Origin: Eledone cirrhosa
Lineage: Eukaryota
Direction: 5' to 3'
Length of the DNA stretch: 64,000 nucleotides
Assembly (NCBI GenBank): GCA_964016885.1
Contig: OZ024753.1
Location: 46,438,001 to 46,502,000, forward strand
The notes under the pieces are model-generated. The model was not told the DNA's origin. It worked only from the letters and a program-made list of their open reading frames with translations, and ran no database searches. The first letter of the stretch is position 1. Each line of letters begins with the position of its first letter. Below are positions 55,975 to 64,000 of this stretch, one piece after another. Both the position numbers and the translations under genes were made by a program.

Positions 55975-57045
55975 TGGTGGTGGTGGTGGTGTAGATATTG
56001 GTGGCGGTGGTGGCGGTGGTGGTGGTGGTGTAGATATTGGTGGCGGTGGTGGTGTAGATATTACCGGCGGTGGTGGCGGTGGTGGTGGTGGTGTAGATAT
56101 TGGTGGCGGTGGTGGCGGTGGTGGTGGTGGTGTAGATATTGGTGGCGGTGGTGGCGGTGGTGGTGGTGGTGTAGATATTGGTGGCGGTGGTGGTGTAGAT
56201 ATTACCGGCGGTGGTGGCGGTGGTGGTGGTGGTGTAGATATTGGTGGCGGTGGTGGTGTAGATATTACCGGTGGTGGTGGCGGTGGTGGTGTAGATATTG
56301 GTGGCGGTGGTGGTGGTGGTGGTGGTGGTGTAGATATTGGTGGCGGTGGTGGTGGTGGCGGTGGTGGTGTAGATATTGGTGGCGGTGGTGGTGGTGGTGG
56401 TGGTGGTGTAGATATTGGTGGCGGTGGTGGTGGTGGCGGTGGTGGTGTAGATATTACCGGTGGTGGTGGCGGTGGTGGTGGTGGTGTAGATATTGGTGGC
56501 GGTGGTGGTGTAGATATTACCGGTGGTGGTGGCGGTGGTGGTGGTGGTGTAGATATTGGTGGCGGTGGTGGCGGTGGTGGCGGCGGTGGTGGTGGTGTAA
56601 ATATTGGTGGCGGTGGTGGTGTAGATATTACCGGTGGTTTGGGCGGTGGTGGTGGTGGTGTAGATATTACCGGCGGTGGTGGCGGTGGTGGCGGCGGTGG
56701 TGGTGGTGTAGATATTGGTGGCGGTGGTGGTGTAGATATTACCGGTGGTGGTGGCGGTGGTGGTGGTGGTGTAGATATTACCGGTGGTGGTGGCGGTGGT
56801 GGTGGTGGTGGTGTAGCTATAACTGGCGGTGGTGGCGGTGGTGGTGGTGTAGATATTGGTGGCGGTGGTGGTGGCGGTGGTGGTGGTGGTGGTGGTGGTG
56901 GTGTAGATATTACCGGCGGTGGTGGCGGTGGTGTAGATATTACTGGCGGCGGTGGTGTAGATATTACTGGCGGTGGTGGTGGTGGTGTAGATATTACTGG
57001 CGGTGGTGGTGGTGGTGGTGTAGATATTACTGGCGGTGGTGGCAG
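55975..57045 (+). repeat. G-rich (GGT/GGC)n repeat punctuated by GTAGATATT(ACC)
   Basis: About 35 variable-length units. Confidence 0.95.
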
Positions 57046-57938
57046 TATGATAAAGAGGGAGAGTGGTAAGAGGAAGAGGGAGGTATGGTAAGTAAGTAGT
57101 AACAGTGGGAGGTGGCATACCAACTGTCTTTCATTCAGACATTAAATACCCGAAGAATGTCGCAATTGATGAACATATTTTTGGTTGGTCGGTCTGTTGG
57201 CTGACTAGTTGGTTGGTTGGCTTCTTGGGTGGCTGGTAGATTGGTTGGTTGGTAGATTGGTTGGTTGGTAGATTGGTTGGTTGGTAGATTGGTTGGCTGG
57301 TAGATTGGTAGATTGGTTGATTAACTGTTTGGTTTAGTGGTTTGTTGGTTGTTTTGGCTGAATGTTTAGTTGGTTCAGTTGTTTGGTTAGTTTTGTTAGT
57401 TTGGCTCCGTTGGTTCCATGGTTCACAGTTCATTGGTTTCTTTGATGGATGTAAGGATGGTTGAGATGTAGTTATTGGTTAACTGGAATCACTGTACACT
57501 TCCACCTAACCAATATTATCTCTACCACCTGTACCCCCACCTCCCAACACCTCCCACCAAAATACGATAGTTCACCTTTGCTGCACTACTAAACCATCAC
57601 ACATTTCTCCCGCCCTCCTCCTTATCTACCCACCATCCCCCATTCATACTCTTCCCCGCCCTTCTACCCAGTTTGGTGCCAAGTAAAACAGAAACATAAC
57701 GTCCTTAACATGAATGTGCGAAGACTACCGACGTTATTCAGCAGAGAGGGGGGGGGAGAAAGAAGGAAAGAAAGAAAGTGGTAAGATAGTGAAAGAGCTT
57801 TCGGTGTGTAGGGGTGATAGTAGAGTAGCACCAGGTAGTGTTACGAGGGGTGGGATATGTAAAGAGATTATTTAAGGGGAAAAGAGAAGTAGAAAGAAAT
57901 AGTAAACGAAAAAGGTGTCATTAGTAGTAGTAGTAGTG

Positions 57939-58002
<64 letters not shown>

Positions 58003-58435
58003 CAGGGGTGGTGGTGGTATTAGCAGCATTTTTTGTTCTTATTTTTTCCTGGGTTCGTCATTCAGGTATATTACAAAATTTCTGAATGATAGTTTAAGTT
58101 TCAGTGCATGAGTATATATTTATGTGTGTGTGTGTGTGGGGGGGGGGGGGGGGTGTAATGTTATTTTATATTACTTTTAGCTTGCACTGCGGGACACTCC
58201 CTTCCTCAGCTGCCAGCCAGAATTCACTATGATTTCGACACCTTCCAACATATCACTCTCTCTCTCTCTCGCTCCCCCCCCCCCCATTCTCCCTACCTCT
58301 TGTACCATTGATGCTAAAGAGATTGTCGGGGTTACCTTGACCCATACAGTAGCACTCTTGTATTACACCTTAATGGAGATTTATTCGTATTTTTCTCGCA
58401 GTCTATGCCATATCCAAAATAAGGTAGCATTATTT

Positions 58436-58530
58436 GATTTGCCTTTCATCCTTACGGCGTCGATAAAATAAAGTACCAGTAATACACTGGGTGATTGCTG
58501 GCCTTGTGCCAAAAGTAGAAACAATAATTT
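58436..58530 (+). mobile_element. 5'-truncated SINE (same family as 44868)
   Basis: TTTGCCTTTCATCCTTACGGCGTCGATAAAATAAAGTACCAGT...GTAGAAACAAT. Confidence 0.9.
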
Positions 58531-58784
58531 GAGTCCCTTTTAACATTAAGAATCACTGCTCTACTAAACACTGGTGGAACCAGACTGCTTTCGGGACCCT
58601 GAGAAGAGGCAGATCCTCTCTAAATTTAAAACAGTTTATTCTGTTTTGTTTTGTTTTGTATTAACATGGTTCACTCAAACTTTCGAAACGATCTTAAATC
58701 AATGAACTAATTAAGCTCCAAACCTTGCCTTCAAAGAGTCGGGACCCCAACGGCTGAGTTCTTGCTGTTTCAACAGTTAGTTGA

Positions 58785-58848
<64 letters not shown>

Positions 58849-58982
58849 TGAATATATATATATATATGACTGTAGAATACTCAACAAAACCTAATATGAT
58901 GCTACTCTTCCACAATTCGTTGCGATATTCTTATCTGTGCTACTGAAGTTCTAACTACGATACTGGTCCTACCGTAGACAGC

Positions 58983-59103
<121 letters not shown>

Positions 59104-59212
59104 GAGAGAGAGACTAGAAAACGAAAAATCAGTGATGCATCTGAACTCAATTTATTGTGTGTTACAATTGTTTCGCCGGCGGACAGCTCGAGATGCGATC
59201 ATTGTGTGGATC

Positions 59213-59350
59213 TGTCTGATTCTGGACCCGCAGGTTCGACGGACACGTCTAATGATTTCAGAGCATATTCTCTCACAGATACCTCAGTGAGAGAATATGC
59301 TCCGAAATCATTAGACGTGTCCGTCGAACCTGCGGCTCCAGAATCAGACA
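59213..59350. repeat. GC-rich hairpin, 64-bp arms, 10-nt loop
   Basis: TGTCTGATTCTGGA...CTCTCAC / GTGAGAG...TCCAGAATCAGACA with 2 mismatches. Confidence 0.95.
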
Positions 59351-59452
59351 TAGAGTGCTCAACCGGCATACCGCCTATGAAAGCATCTTAGCTACCATCA
59401 GACACACACACACATATATATATATATATATGTGTGTGTATATATATATATA

Positions 59453-59554
<102 letters not shown>

Positions 59555-59766
59555 TATATATATTTATATATATATATATCTGTGTGTGTGTGTGTTTATT
59601 AATGTGTGAGTTTAAGAAATTTGATTCGCAACCACGTAGTTCCGGTTTCAATCCTACTGGGTTATAATATATGTAAATGTATTTTATGATAAATTTCAAG
59701 GGACTAAATCGTTAAAAGAGAAATTTCTTGGTTTTTAATAAACTAATGTAGCTGTTATATTTCATA

Positions 59767-60363
59767 CTAGCAGTGGTACCCGGCATTGCACGCGATAAGG
59801 TATTTTGGAACACGGGCCGCCAACAGACCTAATCGTGGAAAAACTGCATGCCTGGACGATATGTAAAGAAAATAAACCGAATACTCTGATGGCTGGATAT
59901 CTTTAAGATTTTCCTCGATGAAGCAGGAAAAATGCAGGTTTTCACCTAATGCGGGCCCTAGGGAATCAAGAAAATGAATTTTTTTTTATGTGCATAATAT
60001 GCCTTGAAATTTCGGGAAAATCGCCTCCAAAAAGCCCTAAGAAGCTGAAAAAAATGAAGTTTTTCACCTAATGCGGGCCCTAGGCCATAAGAAAGTTGGA
60101 TTTTCTTCGCTTACGGTATGAAGAAGAGACTGACTAATACATAGTTACAATTTAAAGGAAATCGGTCCGACGTAACGCCTCAAAAAACCTCTAAAAATCT
60201 TTAAAAACGCAGTTTTTCACCTAACGCGGGCCCTAGGAGATCAAAAAGTTGAATTTTTTATGTGCATAACACTCCCTGAAACATAAGTAATACACATGTA
60301 AAGTTTGAAATAAATCGGTTGGGTACTTCTCGAGTTTTAGGGATTCAAACTCACAGACACACA

Positions 60364-60406
<43 letters not shown>

Positions 60407-60687
60407 CGTCAGGGAAGTGGCGTAATGCAGACAGATAGTATAAGGGTGCGGCGTTATATGTATGTATCTAAAAAGAGAAAGACTAAGAATTATAAAGCGA
60501 GATCGCTAAATCGCCTAATGCGGTCCCTAGGGCATTGAAAATTTGAAATAGCTTTTGCTCAGAACACTCCCTGAAACATAAGTATTACATGTGTAAAGTT
60601 TGAAAACAGTCGGTTGGGTGGTTCTCGAGTTTTAGGGATTCAAACTCACACACACAGAGACAGACATCCTCAGTTTATAGAGATAGA
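59767..60687 (-). mobile_element. Non-autonomous Helitron, about 920 bp
   Basis: The - strand starts A|TCTATCTCTATAAAC and ends with an imperfect GC-rich hairpin (GCGTGCAATGCCGGG), 8 nt, then CTAG|T. AT target, no TSD. Internal subrepeats CCTAATGCGGGCCCTAGG (x4) and a duplicated ~95-bp block (60268 and 60562). Confidence 0.85.
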
Positions 60688-60746
60688 TATTGAGTACCTT
60701 ACTTTGATTGGAGTTCATTTGCCTTCTTAACAGTATACTTTACAAT

Positions 60747-60894
<148 letters not shown>

Positions 60895-61560
60895 ATCTAT
60901 TTATATATATATATCTAGGGCGGGTAAAATTCCCGATATATATATATATACTCATTGATGATTTACCTGATCCAAACATTAAACCTTTTCTCTCAATTCT
61001 ACTCCTGATCATCCAACAGAAGGAATAGAGCCGAATATCACTTTGACTTGGGAGAGGAGGAGAGAAAGAGAAAGATGAGAGAGATGAGAAAGAAAGAAAA
61101 CGATTGAGGGATGAGATAAGATAGATATGACAAAGAGAAAGAAAGAGAGAGAAGTGAAGACAGACAGAGGAGAGATGAGAATATGAATTATCTGCAGTAA
61201 ATAAACATATTTACCCCTCTCTATCTACGTAGTTCCATTCACTAAACGCTGACGACAGTACGAAACAATGAGATGGTAGTGCCATACATTCTCTCGTCTT
61301 TATATTCGTCAGTGTGAGTGTCTGAAAAACTAATTAGCTCTGAGGATATCTCGGTAGCAATGATCTAATCTGTTTCGTCAGCATCTGTGGTTTACGAAAT
61401 CATGTTGCCAGCCAGTAAATTATTCATACAACTGTCAGTTTTATGCCATCTATTCTAAGAGTCAGGGAAAAGACTTCTCTCTCAGAGATGTGAATATATC
61501 AAGATGGAATTTTAACCCATTCAAAAGTTTCTCTATCTGTCCGTCTGTCTCTCTGTCTAT

Positions 61561-63650
61561 AGACCTGCCTCTCTGACTACAGATCTGTCTCTCTGACTAT
61601 AGACCTGTCTCTCTGACTACAGACCTGTCTCTCTGACTACAGACCTGTCTCTCTGACTATAGAGCTGTCTCTCTGACTACAGACCTGTCTCTCTGACTAT
61701 AGACCTCTCTCTCTGACTATAGACCTGTCTCTCTGACTATAGACCTGTCTCTCTGATTATAGACCTGTCCCTCTGACTACAGACCTGTCTCTCTGACTAC
61801 AGACCTGTGTCTCTAACTACAGACCTGCTTCTCTGACTACAGACCTGCCTCTCTGACTACAGACCTGTCTCTCTGACTTCAGACCTGTCTCTCTGACTAC
61901 AGACCTGTCTCTCTGTCTACAGACCTGTCTCTCTGACTACAGACCTGTCTCTCTGACTACAGACCTGTCTCTCTGACTACAGACCTGTCTTTCTGATTCC
62001 AGACCTGTCTCTCTGGCTATAGACCTGTCTCTCTGACTACAGACCTGTCTCTCTGACTACAGACCTGTCTCTCTGATTCCAGACCTGTCTCTCTGACTAT
62101 AGACCTGTCTCTCTGACTACAGACCTGTCTCTCTGACTACAGACCTGTCTCTCTGACTACAGACCTGTCTCTCTGTCTACAGACCATCCTCTCTGACTAC
62201 AGACCTGTCTCTCTGACTACAGATCTGTCTCTCTGACTACAGATCTGTCTCTCTGACTACAGACCTGTCTCTCTGACTACAGACCTGTCTCTCTGATTCC
62301 AGACCTGTCTCTCTGACTATAGACCTGTCTCTCTGACTACAGACCTGTCTCTCTGACTATAGACCTGTCTCTCTGACTACAGACCTGTCTCTCTGTCTAC
62401 AGACCATCCTCTCTGACTACAGACCTGTCTCTCTGACTACAGATCTGTCTCTCTGACTACAGATCTGTCTCTCTGACTACAGACCTGTCTCTCTGACAAC
62501 AGACCTGTCTCTCTGATTCCAGACTTGTCTCTCTGACTATAGACCTGTCTCTCTGACTACAGACCTGTCTCTCTGACTATAGACCTGTCTCTCTGACTAC
62601 AGACCTGTCTCTCTGTCTACAGACCATCCTCTCTGACTACAGACCTGTCTCTCTGACTACAGATCTGTCTCTCTGACTACAGATCTGTCTCTCTGACTAC
62701 AGACCTGTCTCTCTGACTATATACCTGTCTCTCTGACTATAGACCTGTCTCTCTGACTACAGACCTGTCTCTCTGACTATAGACCTGTCTCTCTTACTAC
62801 AGACCTGTCTCTCTGACTATAGACCTGTCTCTCTGACTACAGACCTGTCTCTCTGTCTATAGACCTGTCTCTCTGACTACAGACCTGTCTCTCTGGCTAT
62901 AGACCTGTCTCTCTGACTATAGACCTGTCTCTCTTACTACAGACCTGTCTCTCTGACTATAGACCTGTCTCTCTGACTACAGACCTGTCTCTCTGTCTAT
63001 AGACCTGTCTCTCTGACTACAGACCTGTCTCTCTGTCTATAGACCTGTCTCTCTGACTACAGACCTGTCTCTCTGGCTATAGACCTGTCTCTCTGACTAC
63101 AGACCTGTCTCTCTGGCTATAGACCTGTCTCTCTGACTACAGACCTGTCTCTCTGACTACAGACCTGTCTCTCTGACTACAGACCTGTCTCTCTGACTAT
63201 AGACCTGTCTCTCTGACTACAGACCTGCCTCTCTGACTACAGACCTGTCTCTCTGTCTACAGACCATCCTCTCTGACTATAGACCTGTCTCTCTGACAAC
63301 AGACCTGTCTCTCTGACTATAGACCTGTCTCTCTTACTACAGACCTGTCTCTCTGACTATAGACCTGTCTCTCTGACTATAGACCTGCCTCTCTGACTAC
63401 AGACCTGCCTCTCTGACTACAGACCTGTCTCTCTGACTATAGACATGTCTCTCTGACTACAGACCTGCCTCTCTGACTACACACCTGTCTCTCTGACTAT
63501 AGACCTGCCTCTCTGACTATAGACCTGTCTCTCTGACTATAGACCTGTCTCTCTGACTATAGACCTGTCTCTCTGACTATAGACCTGTCTCTCTGACTAC
63601 AGACCTGTCTCTCTGACTACAGACCTGTCTCTCTGTCTATAGATCTGTCT
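61561..63650. repeat. 20-bp minisatellite (AGACCTGTCTCTCTGACTAY), about 104 copies
   Basis: Exact 20-bp period without indels. Confidence 0.98.
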
Positions 63651-64000
63651 CTCTATCTGTCTTTTTTCCACACCTGCCTCACTCCCACTCTAACATTAAA
63701 ATTATCATCATCATCATCATAACATACCACCTCAGTATCTTCTCTGACAACACAATACCATTCTCGTGTCACAATTCCAGTGTGTAGACAATGGATATAC
63801 GGAGCGACACTTCACAACGTCTTTACATGTCATGGACACACATTCGTATTCGAAGTCATCACCATCATCATCATCACCATCATCACCATCATCATCACTA
63901 TCATCATCACTTATTGAAATCATGTTACGTTTCACTCTTAATTTTTATTTCTCTTATTCACATACAATTGTTGTTTCTGCCGTGTTACGTTTCATCAGTA

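Noticed and set aside
55154-57123. 652-aa extensin-like and 380-aa Gly-rich ORFs
   Set aside because: They arise from triplet-based tandem repeats, with no signal peptide or splice support, so they are not called as CDS.
61249-61270. CTGACGA CAGTAC GAAAC
   Set aside because: No stem II pairing and no NUH with stem I closure; probably chance.

Overview
AT-rich, microsatellite-saturated animal DNA; the SINE families and repeat landscape resemble an octopod cephalopod (inference). The only well-supported host coding sequence is the first coding exon (18167-18455, +) of a CELF3-6/Bruno-like RNA-binding protein. It is followed by an intron of more than 45 kb, with no exon 2 recognisable in the window. 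Nearly all ORFs in the track are microsatellite or minisatellite artefacts. Other content: tRNA-derived SINEs (one with a 19-bp TSD), degenerate LINE fragments, two Tc1/mariner-type MITEs, a non-autonomous Helitron and many minisatellites. The main discovery is a near-homogeneous 495-bp tandem array (3385-6997, with an internal inversion) in which every unit carries a minimal type I hammerhead ribozyme motif with a palindromic stem III, i.e. a retrozyme/Penelope-pLTR-like system. At least seven other short (TA)n-embedded families carry intact, variant or half hammerhead motifs, and many of them have folded back into long hairpins. All ribozyme calls come from manual base-pairing and are untested.
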